A DNA stretch of 64,000 bases from Candidatus Saccharimonadales bacterium (GTDB taxonomy: Bacteria; Patescibacteriota; Saccharimonadia; Saccharimonadales; UBA10212), in NCBI GenBank assembly GCA_049521895.1, contig JBEKOJ010000001.1, forward strand, positions 226,717 through 290,716, given 5' to 3'. A program made the translations under genes and the position numbers. Shown one piece after another: positions 1 to 9,940 of the stretch. How positions within the stretch are numbered: the first letter of the stretch is position 1; every line of letters starts with the position of its first letter. The notes beneath the pieces were generated by a model. It did not search any database. It was not told where the DNA came from and saw only the letters and a list, made by a program, of their open reading frames with translations.

Positions 1-151
1 CTATGAGCTCTCTCTGTTTTCTGTTAAATCGATCGATCTTTTTCTGCTCAGGATCAAAGCCAAATAAGCCAGCAGCTAATTTACGCAGGCGGGCAATTAT
101 GCCGTCATCTGGTGCTTCGGCGGAAGAAACTTTTGTTGTTTCGTATGCCAT
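1..151 (-). CDS. hypothetical protein, N-terminal part only (runs off left edge)
   Basis: The minus-strand ATG at 151 reads MAYETTKVSSAEAPDDGIIARLRKLAAGLFGFDPEQKKIDRFNRKQRELI with no stop before the window edge. It lies directly downstream of rsmD on the same strand. It is absent from the ORF track because there is no stop in the window. Confidence 0.3.
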   Translation of the reverse strand, partial: MAYETTKVSSAEAPDDGIIARLRKLAAGLFGFDPEQKKIDRFNRKQRELI

Positions 152-186
152 AGTAGTAACTTACCACTTTAGGAAAAATAATTAAA

Positions 187-717
187 CTATGATTTGCGGT
201 AAAACACCAGTTGGGCGTCGCCGTAATTTTTATCGGTAATTATCTGGCAGCTGTCAAAAGCCGGCGGTAGTTCATGTCCGGGCCAGGAAACTACCACGAT
301 GCCACCTTTCTTGGCGTGTTCGGTAAACTTAGCTAGCAATTTTAGCTGTAAATGTTGGTATGGTGGATCCAGAAATACAATGTCGAATTTTTCAGTTTGA
401 TTATGCGAGCTCCAGCTGGCTGCATCTGTATTAATAGCCTTGACTTGACTGCTTAAACCGAGTTCCTTAATGCTGTCGCTGATCGTTTGATGGGGAGCAC
501 GCTTTTGCTCAATAGCCAGTGCACTTTTAGCTCCTCGGCTAATGGCCTCAAAAGCTAGCGCGCCGCTACCGGCAAAGGCATCTAAAACACTCAAGCCGCT
601 GATGTCGCCCAGCACATTAAATAGCGCGCCGCGGGCCTTTTCGCTCATCGGGTGCGAGTGATGTCCCGGCGGGTCGCGGAATAGCCTGCCTTTTAGCGCC
701 CCGGCAATGATTCTCAT
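187..717 (-). CDS. rsmD: 16S rRNA (guanine966-N2)-methyltransferase RsmD
   Basis: 176 aa. Motifs seen: RIIAG..KGR, VLDAFAGSGALAFEAISRG (SAM site) and FLDPPY, the RsmD/COG0742 pattern. Confidence 0.85.
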   Translation of the reverse strand: MRIIAGALKGRLFRDPPGHHSHPMSEKARGALFNVLGDISGLSVLDAFAGSGALAFEAISRGAKSALAIEQKRAPHQTISDSIKELGLSSQVKAINTDAASWSSHNQTEKFDIVFLDPPYQHLQLKLLAKFTEHAKKGGIVVVSWPGHELPPAFDSCQIITDKNYGDAQLVFYRKS

Positions 718-821
718 ACAAATAGTTTACAGTTTATAGTTGATAGTTTATAGAAAGAACCGGTCAGCGCTCTATATTAATCTTTATTAATCGCTAAAAA
801 CTACAAACCAACAACTAATAA

Positions 822-2879
822 CTAGTTCAGATTGGTGATAGCGCGAAGAGCTGCAACTTTGGCATTGAGATGCGGGTATTTTTTAAGGTTTTCTTTGCGC
901 TCAATGAAATCTTGGGCAGCTCCACGGGCAGCGACGATCAATTTAGTGTCGGACAATTCTGCTACCCGCAAATCCAGTGCCCCGTGCTGCATGGTGCCAT
1001 AAATGGCTCCCGGGCCGCGTAGGCGCAGATCTAATTCGGCCAATCTAAAGCCGTCGGTGGTAGTCTCTAATGCCCTGAGGCGCTGGCTGGGCGCTTTACT
1101 ATCACTTAACATCAAAAAACAGTAGCTTTGATGGGCGCCGCGGCCAACGCGGCCGCGCAACTGGTGGATTTGCGCCAATCCAAAGCGCTCTGCGCCCTCT
1201 ACCAGCATAATTGTGGCATTCGGTATGTCCACGCCCACTTCTATAACTGTCGTGCTGACCAAAATGTCGTATTTTTTGGCCAGAAAATCACGCATCACTT
1301 TGTCTCTTTCGGCTGATTTCATTCTGCCGTGCAGCAGGGCTACTCGGCGATGTTTAAAATCGTGTTTGGCTAGTCTTTCGTAGACTTCTTCTACTGACAG
1401 GCCGCGGCTAAGTTCTGTATCTGTTATCAGCGGACAGACCACAAACATCTGGCGGCCGCTTGCCAGCTCTTTATCAACCTGCACATAGAGTTGTTTGCGT
1501 GAATTGGGAGAGCAAATTTTAGTTTTCACGACCCGCCTGCCAGGCGGCATTTCATCCAGCACCGAGATGTCCAGCTCGCCATAAAGCGTCAGCGCCAGGC
1601 TGCGCGGGATTGGCGTAGCTGTCATGTGCAGCACGTGCGGCATGTGGCCGGCCTTGGCTTGGAGTTTTTTGCGCTGTTCCACGCCAAAGCGATGCTGCTC
1701 GTCAATAATTATCAGCCCGAGCTTGTGCATATCAACTTTTTCGCTTATCAAGGCATGCGTACCGACAATTAATCTAATCTCGCCGGCGGTAATTTTTTCA
1801 TGCGCTAATTGCTTTGCCGCCGGCTTCAGTCCGCCAATTAGCAGGCTGACTTGGCCTCCGTAGCCAACATTACTTAACAAGTTAAGTAATGTATCGGCGT
1901 GTTGCCTGGCCAAGATTTCCGTAGGCGCCATAAATGCGGCTTGGAAACCTTGTTCCATGGCCATCAGCGCCGCCATGGCAGCCACCACGGTTTTACCAGA
2001 GCCGACATCGCCCTCAACCAGCCTATTCATTGGTTGGGTCTTGGCCGTATCCTGGTAAATCCGCCAAACGACCTTGCGCTGGGCATCGGTAAGCTTAAAA
2101 GGCAGTTTTGCGACAAAATCGCGAGCCAACTTCTCTCGGAACGGTATAGATAGACTCTTATCCTTAGTCAGTTCTTGTTTGTTGAGCAGCGCTGCCAATG
2201 TCAGCTGAAAAACTTCCTCAAACCCCAAGCGTTTTTTGGCTAGGCTGAGGGCTTTGGCGCCGCTAGGGAAATGCATTTCGCTTACTGCCCGGGCATAAAC
2301 GTTTAGCCCCTGCTCTTTTATCAGCCATGGCGGCAGATGCTCGGGCAGCTCGCTGACTTGCTGGATAGCTTCGCGCACCAGCTTGCGGATGGACGGTGAT
2401 TTGAGGCCGGCCGTTTCCCGGTATATCGGGATTATGCGGGCGGTATTGACTGGAAAGTCGCTAACCAGCTCCGCCGAGGGGTTCATGATAGCAAAGCGCC
2501 CGCGGCCGAGTTGGTATTCACCCGCTATAAAATAATCCCTACCGTGTTTAATAGCACCGGCGCGGTAGGGTTGGTTAAACCAGACTAGGCGCACACTGCC
2601 AGTCTTATCCGATGCAATCGCCTCGGTGATATGCATACCGCGGCGCACATAGCGCCCCCTTACCTGGCCGATTTTGGCCTGGATGGTTACAGCGCCCGGC
2701 TTTAGCTGGCCTACGGGTACGATATTGGAATAATCCTCGTAGCGGCGCGGGTAGTTATCTATTAAATCGCCGACGTTTTTTATGCCAAGGCTGGCCAGCT
2801 TTTTTGCTAGCTCATCCCCCACCCCTTTTAATTCAGTAATCGGTGATGATAATTCCATTACCACCAGTATAGATTGCAA
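822..2879 (-). CDS. recG: ATP-dependent DNA helicase RecG
   Basis: 685 aa with an N-terminal wedge/OB region, Walker A GDVGSGKT, DEQHRFG and the helicase C motif QLRGRVGRG. The start may be the internal MELSS (2858). Confidence 0.95.
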   Translation of the reverse strand: MQSILVVMELSSPITELKGVGDELAKKLASLGIKNVGDLIDNYPRRYEDYSNIVPVGQLKPGAVTIQAKIGQVRGRYVRRGMHITEAIASDKTGSVRLVWFNQPYRAGAIKHGRDYFIAGEYQLGRGRFAIMNPSAELVSDFPVNTARIIPIYRETAGLKSPSIRKLVREAIQQVSELPEHLPPWLIKEQGLNVYARAVSEMHFPSGAKALSLAKKRLGFEEVFQLTLAALLNKQELTKDKSLSIPFREKLARDFVAKLPFKLTDAQRKVVWRIYQDTAKTQPMNRLVEGDVGSGKTVVAAMAALMAMEQGFQAAFMAPTEILARQHADTLLNLLSNVGYGGQVSLLIGGLKPAAKQLAHEKITAGEIRLIVGTHALISEKVDMHKLGLIIIDEQHRFGVEQRKKLQAKAGHMPHVLHMTATPIPRSLALTLYGELDISVLDEMPPGRRVVKTKICSPNSRKQLYVQVDKELASGRQMFVVCPLITDTELSRGLSVEEVYERLAKHDFKHRRVALLHGRMKSAERDKVMRDFLAKKYDILVSTTVIEVGVDIPNATIMLVEGAERFGLAQIHQLRGRVGRGAHQSYCFLMLSDSKAPSQRLRALETTTDGFRLAELDLRLRGPGAIYGTMQHGALDLRVAELSDTKLIVAARGAAQDFIERKENLKKYPHLNAKVAALRAITNLN
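1867..1892. repeat. iterated palindrome copy (ACATTACTTAAC-AA-GTTAAGTAATGT)
   Basis: Perfect 12-bp arms inside recG. On the minus strand it reads TTA CTT AAC TTG TTA AGT = LLNLLS. Confidence 0.7.
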
Positions 2880-2909
2880 ATAAGATAAAGTTTGATTAAA
2901 TTATAGAAT

Positions 2910-3230
2910 ATGCGATTTGGACGTGAGCCAGCAGAACTACCGACCAGGGAAGAAGCTCTCGCTGCGGAGTCTCATTACTATGGCGACGTTAGAGAAGTCT
3001 ACATGCAACCCCCGGAAGGCAGCGAGGGAGCGGAAGCGCCACTACTTCTTGGCACAGAAGTGGCTATGGTGCAGATCGATACGGACCAAATTGTTTTATC
3101 TACCAGGATTGATAGAGCGTACTGCCGAACCGAAGGCGCTTATAGGCGTCAAATAAGAAAAATTATTAGCCAAGAAGCTCGAGCCATCCGTAGTTATAAT
3201 AGGACAATCCCGGGTTCTAGCGCTTTTTGA
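2910..3230 (+). CDS. hypothetical protein (weak call)
   Basis: This 106-aa ORF is the only long ORF in the 340-nt gap between recG and the methyltransferase gene. No motif was recognised. It overlaps the convergent gene by 14 nt. Confidence 0.3.
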   Translation: MRFGREPAELPTREEALAAESHYYGDVREVYMQPPEGSEGAEAPLLLGTEVAMVQIDTDQIVLSTRIDRAYCRTEGAYRRQIRKIISQEARAIRSYNRTIPGSSAF

Positions 3231-3999
3231 GGCGGAGCCAGATGCTGGGACCGAAATAAATTGGCGCCAGCAGCGGCTGCAGGCCCTTTTCCAAGCCTAA
3301 AAGCACGTTCTTGCCAAGAACTTTTTTGAGCCGGGGTGAGCGAAGGTTGGAACCGCTTAAAACAGTCTCTACTTCAAAACCAGCTTCGTGAAGTAATTTG
3401 ATAATTGTTTTGGGGTGATGGTTAACAAAAGCTACTTCGCCGGCTTTTTTGCTGGCTTCAGAGCTGATATCTACAGGAGTTTTAGGTACTCTTTTACCGT
3501 GTACGCCGTAGCGCAAACGGTTCAAAAAGTGCGCATCGTTAGCAAACTCCAAAATAAAAGTACCGCCAGGTTTTAGGACACGGGCAATTTCCTTAAACTC
3601 GGCCATCGGGTCCGGCAAATGGTGCAAAACCCGCACTACCAACACTAAATCAACGGATCTGGCCGGCATTTTAAGGTCGGCAGCCTGCAGATGCCTACGT
3701 TCTACTTCCGGCGAGTCTTTTAGATAGATTTTGGCGATGTCCAGCTGCTGCTGGCTGGGTTCAGCCAGCGTAACTTTATCAGCAAAGTTGGCCAGGAACT
3801 TGCTTAAGCGGCCATAACCCCCGCCGACGTCCACGGCGTTGTCAAAATGCCGTCCCTTGAGCAAGCGCTTGATAGCCATCTGCTCGGCGGCGTGCTCGTA
3901 TTCGCGACCGACCCAATAATTCTGGTAGTTGTACTTCGGATCGTCGTACTGGTCCGCCCTTTTGACCACTCTTTTCGCGGCCGGTTTCTTCGACTTCAT
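3217..3999 (-). CDS. class I SAM-dependent methyltransferase
   Basis: 260 aa with VDVGGGYGRLS (motif I) and LKPGGTFILEF. The start abuts the tyrS stop. Confidence 0.8.
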   Translation of the reverse strand: MKSKKPAAKRVVKRADQYDDPKYNYQNYWVGREYEHAAEQMAIKRLLKGRHFDNAVDVGGGYGRLSKFLANFADKVTLAEPSQQQLDIAKIYLKDSPEVERRHLQAADLKMPARSVDLVLVVRVLHHLPDPMAEFKEIARVLKPGGTFILEFANDAHFLNRLRYGVHGKRVPKTPVDISSEASKKAGEVAFVNHHPKTIIKLLHEAGFEVETVLSGSNLRSPRLKKVLGKNVLLGLEKGLQPLLAPIYFGPSIWLRLKKR

Positions 4000-5244
4000 C
4001 TATTCTAATTCTATCAAAGCGGAGTCCTTGAAAGCTTTACCACGGCGCAGCAGCAGCCGGCCATTTTGAAAATCGTTAGCTTCAAAATTCTCTCGGTTAA
4101 CAGATTGCCCATTGACATAAACCGCGCCGTTTTGCAGAAGCCGCCGGGCATCAGAATTTGAATCGGCTAACTTTGTTAATGCCAGTGCTTGGATGATAGA
4201 GCCTCCGGCTTGGGTTGACACGGCGGGGATTTCATTTCTTAGCTCTTCGAGGTCTGAATCAGTCGCTTCTCTAATAGATACTTGACCTGTTAAGTATTCC
4301 GAGGCACCCGTCGCTGCTTTGCTTGGTTCCTCTCCGTGTGCCAACTCGGTCACTTTTTCGGCCAACAGCTTTTGCGCAACTCTTTTGGCAGTATCAGCTC
4401 TGTGCTGTACCATCGCACGGTCTATTTTTTCTCTAGGCAGCAGAGTGAAGACTTTTAGATAGTCTTCGACATCAGCATCATCAGTATTGATCCAAAATTG
4501 ATACAATTGCGTGGGTGTAGTTTTGACCGGATCAAGCCAGACAGTTTCTTCCTCACTCTTGCCAAATTTGCGGCCGGTAGTTTTATTAATAACTAGCGGC
4601 ATGGAGAATGCGTGAGCCTCCTGGTTCTCTTTTTTGCGGATTAGGCTGACGCCCGAGAGCATATTGCCCCACTGGTCTGAGCCGCCAATCTGCATAACTA
4701 CACCGTGGTTTTTGAAAAGGTGCCAAAAGTCGTAACCCTGTATCAGGGAGTAGCTAAACTCGGCGTAGCTAATTCCGGAGCCTTCGGCGCCCATACGCTC
4801 GGTTACAAAATCGCGCTGCATCAGTTCGGTCATCGAGAAATGTTTACCGACATCGCGCAAAAAATCGATATATTTGAGCCCGGAAAGCCAATCATAATTA
4901 TCTGCAGCAGTAAAGTGCTCACCCGCAAACAAGTTGGCCACCTGCTTCTTTATAATTTCAATGTTGGCTTTAATCTCTTCGCGCGGTTTTAGCTCGCGCT
5001 CTTCGACTTTACCGCCGGGATCGCCGACTAAACTGGTGCCGCCGCCGGCCAGCAAAACGGCCTTCCAGCCGCCGTCAATCAAGCGCCTGGCCAGTAGCAA
5101 AATGGCTAGGTTGCCAACGGTTAAACTGTTGGACGAGGCGTCAATCCCTAAATAGAAAGTCTTGGGGCTGTCCAGCCAAGCCAACTCAGCAAAAGTTTTA
5201 TCTTTGATTAGCCCTCTCCAGGCTAGATCTTCGCTTAGGCTCAT
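4000..5244 (-). CDS. tyrS: tyrosine--tRNA ligase
   Basis: 414 aa with a class I fold, a KFGKS (KMSKS-type) loop, a C-terminal S4-like domain, and GGSDQWGN. Confidence 0.95.
   Translation of the reverse strand: MSLSEDLAWRGLIKDKTFAELAWLDSPKTFYLGIDASSNSLTVGNLAILLLARRLIDGGWKAVLLAGGGTSLVGDPGGKVEERELKPREEIKANIEIIKKQVANLFAGEHFTAADNYDWLSGLKYIDFLRDVGKHFSMTELMQRDFVTERMGAEGSGISYAEFSYSLIQGYDFWHLFKNHGVVMQIGGSDQWGNMLSGVSLIRKKENQEAHAFSMPLVINKTTGRKFGKSEEETVWLDPVKTTPTQLYQFWINTDDADVEDYLKVFTLLPREKIDRAMVQHRADTAKRVAQKLLAEKVTELAHGEEPSKAATGASEYLTGQVSIREATDSDLEELRNEIPAVSTQAGGSIIQALALTKLADSNSDARRLLQNGAVYVNGQSVNRENFEANDFQNGRLLLRRGKAFKDSALIELE
4279..4296. repeat. iterated palindrome copy (TACTTGAC-CT-GTTAAGTA)
   Basis: One G.T position. 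The copy lies inside tyrS in a different reading frame from the other coding copies (GAA TAC TTA ACA GGT CAA GTA). Confidence 0.6.
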
Positions 5245-5395
5245 AAGCTATCTTTCAGCAAAATTGTCATTACTTATATATAAGTATAGCGCAGGATTAA
5301 CACTTACAAGGCTACAAATTTCAAGACATCCATTATAGAGCTTATGCCAGCCGCAGATTTGCTATAATGTCCATGAAGAGGAAAATTTTTAGTTA

Positions 5396-8300
5396 ATGGC
5401 GAACAAGAGTTCCAGCAGCAATCGTCCGCGCCGGCCGAGCAGCCGTTATGTTACTACGCGCAGCGGGAAGATATTGAAGGTCAACCGCAATTTGGGTGAA
5501 CGTTGGACAGCCAGAAAAGAAGCCAAAGCCAGACGTAAAGTAGAGCGAATGCGCGGCCTGCCAAAGTCCAGACTAAAGCGCATAATTTGGCGCCTGAACC
5601 CTAGGCGCCAAGCGGAATATTGGTTTAGCCACGACGGCGGCATTATGGCGCTTAAGATCATCGGTGTCGGGGTCTTGGTACTGTTTGTGGTGTCAGTGTC
5701 AGTTTTTGCTTACTTCCGCAAGGATTTGCCGGACGTTACCGATATTTCCGGCGGTAATTTGGGCGGCAGTATCAGTTATTATGACCGTACCGGTAAAACT
5801 TTGTTATGGCAGGATTATAACGGTGTCAAGCGGGTACCCGTATCTGGCAATGCTATTTCCAATTATATGAAAGAGGCCACCGTGGCCACCGAAGACCGCA
5901 ATTTTTATAGTGAACGAGGGTTTGACCTAAAGGGAATCTTACGCGCGGCTTATGTTGATGTTTTCCACCGTGGTAGCACCCAGGGCGGCTCCACCATCAC
6001 CGAGCAGCTGGTCAAGTTGACCCAGGATTTTGGCCAGAAACGCAATCTCAGCCTGAAAGCTAAGGAGTTAATTCTGGCGGTAGAACTTGAGCGCACCTAC
6101 ACCAAAGACCAAATTTTAACTGGTTATCTTAATGCCGCTCCCTACGGTAGCGTGGACTACGGCGTGCAATCCGCCGCCGCGGATTACTTCCACAAGAGCG
6201 CCAAAGACCTGACTCTGCCAGAAGCGGCTATGCTGGCTGCCATCCCACAGTCACCGGCTTACTACTCGCCGTACGATGCTTCGACATTTGATAAGGCCGC
6301 GTTTGCAGTGCGCTACGATTACGTGCTGGACTCCATGCGAGCGACCGGCAAAATCACCAAAGCCCAAGCTACCGCCGCCAAGAAATACGACATCTTGGCT
6401 GAGGTACAGACGCAGCAGAGCCTATATGCGGGCATACAGGCACCGTATTTTGTACTGGCCGCTAAAGACCAGCTAACCACTGAGTTCGCACCCAGCGGTA
6501 GCAGCGCCTCCAGCAAAAAAGTTGGCGGCTGGAAAGTTATAACCACCCTGGACACTAATTTGCAGGCCGAATCGGAAAAACTAGTAGCTTCTAATTTATC
6601 CTACGTTGAGCGTTACAATGCCGACGAAGAGGCCCAAGTAGGTGAAGATGTCCAAACCGGCCAGATAGTGTCGTTGGTGGGCGGCGTAGACTTTACCAAT
6701 CCGCAGTATGGTCAGAACAATTACGCAGCCGGTATTCTTATTCCTCCCGGCTCGAGCTTTAAGCCTTATGATTACTCAACACTGATCAACGACAACAATA
6801 ATGTTGGCGCAGGTTCGGTATTATACGATACCCAGGGGCCGCTACCGGGCTACCCGTGTACTAACAATTCTTCGCAGTCCCACGGTGGTAACTGCCTACA
6901 GGATTACGACTTTTTGCAACCCGGGCCTGAAACCCTGCGCTACGCCTTGGGCGGCTCACGTAATATCCCCGCCGTTAAAACCATGCTGGAGTCCCAACCA
7001 GGTGATACCAGCACTAACCGTATCCCCTCAATCAACAACGTCATCAAGACAGCTACCGCTATGATGGACAACACCTATGACAATGAGCATAACCTGAACA
7101 GCTACAACTGTTATTCCGACATAGCTCTCACTCAACCAACTCAGTGCTATGGGGCCTCGGCTATCGGCGATGGCGCTTACCTGACCCTCGACGACCACGT
7201 TAACGGCCTTTCTACACTTGCCCGCCTGGGCCAGGCCATACCCCGGACTTTCATTCTCAAAATTACTGATTCAGGTAACAAGACTATCTACCAATGGAAG
7301 CAGCCTAAGCCAACTCAACCGATCAAGCCCGACACCGCCTACATACTGGATAATATGCTCTCCGACCCCAACGCCAGCTACTTACCGGGCAGCTGTAGTG
7401 CTACCACTTGCACTCCTCTAAGCCGCAGCGGCTATAAGTTCCAGCGCTACAACGGCTGGGATTTCGCTGTTAAAACCGGTACCACCAATAATGGCCTCGA
7501 CGGCCTGATGACCAGCTGGTCAACCAAATATGCCGTGGTTTCCTGGGTCGGCAACCACACCCGCAACATCGCGCTCGGTATAGATATGGAGTATTTAACG
7601 GAACCGCTTACCCGCGGTTGGATGGAATATGCCCACCAAAACCTTAAACCGGTCAACTGGACACAGCCGTCCGATATTAAAACTCTGCCGGCTTTCGTGG
7701 TGCGCAACCACATCCATTATGGCGACATAGAGCCAAGCCCTAGCACCGACTTATTCCCATCCTGGTATATAGGTAATACCTCTGGCAGTACTACCTCAGC
7801 GACAATAGATAAAGTTTCCGGCAAGCTGGCGACCAACTGCACGCCGGCGCTTGCCAAACAGACCCAGAACAATGCCAACGTGGCCAGCTGGAATGTGGAT
7901 ATATTCCACGGCGGAATGCCTAACGTGGGGGGCAGTAGCAGCAGTTCCGGTAGCGGTGGTTATGATGACGTCCATAGTTGCAGCGACAGCCCGCCCACTG
8001 TGGATTCGTTCTTTGTGCAAGATAACAGCGGTGGTAATCCAGAGGATGTGACCAACGGCGGTACGGCTAGCTGCACCGGCAGCTGTACTATAACTACAAC
8101 CGTCTCGGCTGGCACGCATCCATTCAACGATACCAACTACCCGCAGTATCCGGGCACAGTTAACCTACTGGTCAACGGCCAGGTCGCCCAATCGGCCCAG
8201 GTATCTGATTCACCAAGCACGGTTTCGTTCCAGTATACATCTGCCGGTACTGCCACTCTGGCTATCCAAGTTATAGACAGCGTGCTTTATAGCGGCCAGT

Positions 8301-8551
8301 CCGGCAACGCTACGGTAACAATCGTCGCGCAAGCGGCAGGGCCAACGAATTTTACTGCCAATGTAAGTGGCACCAGCACCGTCTTTACATGGTCAGGCGG
8401 CACAGCTCCTTATACAGTTTCCAAGGGTGGTACTCCGTTATGTACTACTAGCGGTCCTACCTGTTCAGTCTTGTCGGCACAGGCTCCTTCCGGAACCAAT
8501 GTCACGGTCCAAGACAACAACGGCTATACCGCAATCGCCACAGTAAATTAA
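5396..8551 (+). CDS. penicillin-binding protein 1A (bifunctional glycosyltransferase/transpeptidase) with a long C-terminal extension
   Basis: 1051 aa with an N-terminal TM segment, GT51 motifs EDRNFYSERGFD and GGSTITEQL, and transpeptidase motifs SSFKP and KTGTT. About 250 aa of Ser/Thr/Gly-rich, beta-rich tail follows. Confidence 0.9.
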   Translation: MANKSSSSNRPRRPSSRYVTTRSGKILKVNRNLGERWTARKEAKARRKVERMRGLPKSRLKRIIWRLNPRRQAEYWFSHDGGIMALKIIGVGVLVLFVVSVSVFAYFRKDLPDVTDISGGNLGGSISYYDRTGKTLLWQDYNGVKRVPVSGNAISNYMKEATVATEDRNFYSERGFDLKGILRAAYVDVFHRGSTQGGSTITEQLVKLTQDFGQKRNLSLKAKELILAVELERTYTKDQILTGYLNAAPYGSVDYGVQSAAADYFHKSAKDLTLPEAAMLAAIPQSPAYYSPYDASTFDKAAFAVRYDYVLDSMRATGKITKAQATAAKKYDILAEVQTQQSLYAGIQAPYFVLAAKDQLTTEFAPSGSSASSKKVGGWKVITTLDTNLQAESEKLVASNLSYVERYNADEEAQVGEDVQTGQIVSLVGGVDFTNPQYGQNNYAAGILIPPGSSFKPYDYSTLINDNNNVGAGSVLYDTQGPLPGYPCTNNSSQSHGGNCLQDYDFLQPGPETLRYALGGSRNIPAVKTMLESQPGDTSTNRIPSINNVIKTATAMMDNTYDNEHNLNSYNCYSDIALTQPTQCYGASAIGDGAYLTLDDHVNGLSTLARLGQAIPRTFILKITDSGNKTIYQWKQPKPTQPIKPDTAYILDNMLSDPNASYLPGSCSATTCTPLSRSGYKFQRYNGWDFAVKTGTTNNGLDGLMTSWSTKYAVVSWVGNHTRNIALGIDMEYLTEPLTRGWMEYAHQNLKPVNWTQPSDIKTLPAFVVRNHIHYGDIEPSPSTDLFPSWYIGNTSGSTTSATIDKVSGKLATNCTPALAKQTQNNANVASWNVDIFHGGMPNVGGSSSSSGSGGYDDVHSCSDSPPTVDSFFVQDNSGGNPEDVTNGGTASCTGSCTITTTVSAGTHPFNDTNYPQYPGTVNLLVNGQVAQSAQVSDSPSTVSFQYTSAGTATLAIQVIDSVLYSGQSGNATVTIVAQAAGPTNFTANVSGTSTVFTWSGGTAPYTVSKGGTPLCTTSGPTCSVLSAQAPSGTNVTVQDNNGYTAIATVN

Positions 8552-9894
8552 TCTTTTTCTAGAAATGTATTAAGGGCAGATCGAACATCCGGGATTGACA
8601 ATAGGAGCGGCGGCCTTTTGCCACTACGTACTTTGGGGCCGATGGCCGCTTCAAAACCCAGTTTTTTAGCCTCGGCCAGGCGTTTTTCCAGGAAAGGCAC
8701 GTGGCGCACTTCGCCGCTTAGGCCGACTTCACCAAAAACCACGGCGTTCTTCTTTAGCTGCATACCCTTGGCGGCACTGGCGATAGCCATACAAATCGCC
8801 AAATCGGCCGCTGGCTCGGTTAAGCGGATGCCGCCGACTATATTTACATAAATATCACGGTCGGCCAGTTTTAGTTTGGTGCGGCGCTCCAGCATGGCAA
8901 TAAGTAAATTAACCCGGTTCAAATCAATGCCGCTGGCGGTGCGTTTGGGGTAGCCGTAGCTCGTGGGATTTACCAAAGCCTGCACTTCCACCAGCAGCGG
9001 CCGGCTGCCTTCCATGGTGGCGTGCACAATTGAGCCGTCGCTAATCTGGCGCTCGGCCAGCAGCGCCGCTGAGGGGTTGTCTACAGCTTTTAAGCCATTG
9101 TCTTCCATCTCAAAGATTCCGGCCTCGTTGGTAGAGCCATAGCGGTTTTTTACCGCCCTAAGAATCTTGAAACCGCCGTATCTGTCGCCTTCCAGCTGCA
9201 GTACTACGTCCACGATGTGCTCCAGTACTTTTGGCCCGGCAATTGAGCCCTCTTTGGTCACGTGTCCAACCAGCAGCAGCGCGGTGTTGGTGGTTTTGGC
9301 CGCGGCGCTCAGCAGTTGGGTACTGTTGGTAATCTGGCTGACGCTACCAGCTGCCGAGGCTATCTCGTTAACCGCCACCGCTTGGATAGAGTCCACTACC
9401 ACTACTTCAAAATCACCGCCGGCGATAGTCGCCGCGATGTCGTTGGCCACATTGGACACCGCCAACTGCAAACTCTTGGCGTTAGCGCCCAGGCGCTCGG
9501 CGCGCAGGCCCACTTGGCGGGCGGATTCCTCGCCGCTAACATATAGAACCTTGTGCTTTTTGGATAAATTATCGGCGACTTGCAGCAGCAGCGTGCTTTT
9601 GCCAATACCCGGTTCGCCGGCTAGCAAGCTGACGCTGCCGGCCACAATGCCGCCGCCCAAAACTTCGTCCACTTCGGGCATGCCGGTATACAGCCTGGGG
9701 GTGCGGTCATTAACCGCCTTGGTTAGCGATTCAATAGATAATTTTTTGCCGCTGGCGCCGGCTGTCGCGGTGCTGACTTCTACCTGTTGTTGCAGCGTGT
9801 TCCACTCGCCACAGTTGCTGCAGCGCCCGGTCCAACTGCCAAAACCTTGTCCGCAGTTAGAGCAGACATATTTGACTCCCAAAGATTTGGCCAT
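8548..9894 (-). CDS. radA: DNA repair protein RadA/Sms
   Basis: 448 aa with an N-terminal C4 zinc ribbon (CSNCG..CSNCGEWNT), Walker A GEPGIGKST, a KNRYG motif and a Lon-like C-terminal domain. Confidence 0.95.
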   Translation of the reverse strand: MAKSLGVKYVCSNCGQGFGSWTGRCSNCGEWNTLQQQVEVSTATAGASGKKLSIESLTKAVNDRTPRLYTGMPEVDEVLGGGIVAGSVSLLAGEPGIGKSTLLLQVADNLSKKHKVLYVSGEESARQVGLRAERLGANAKSLQLAVSNVANDIAATIAGGDFEVVVVDSIQAVAVNEIASAAGSVSQITNSTQLLSAAAKTTNTALLLVGHVTKEGSIAGPKVLEHIVDVVLQLEGDRYGGFKILRAVKNRYGSTNEAGIFEMEDNGLKAVDNPSAALLAERQISDGSIVHATMEGSRPLLVEVQALVNPTSYGYPKRTASGIDLNRVNLLIAMLERRTKLKLADRDIYVNIVGGIRLTEPAADLAICMAIASAAKGMQLKKNAVVFGEVGLSGEVRHVPFLEKRLAEAKKLGFEAAIGPKVRSGKRPPLLLSIPDVRSALNTFLEKD

Positions 9895-9940
9895 ATTTTA
9901 TATTTTACTCTATAGCCTTCTTTTCCAAAGAAGCAAATAA

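Noticed and set aside
3-185. Tracked plus-strand ORF at the left edge.
   Set aside because: It is antisense to a better minus-strand ORF that starts at 151 directly after rsmD. Its peptide is low-complexity and it has no upstream signals.
5271-5286. The palindrome TACTTATATATAAGTA in the tyrS/PBP divergent promoter region, as an eighth copy of the iterated palindrome.
   Set aside because: The outer hexamers are the same, but the half-site spacing differs (4 versus 6 nt) and the conserved AAC/GTT core is missing. It may simply be AT-rich promoter DNA, so it was not counted.
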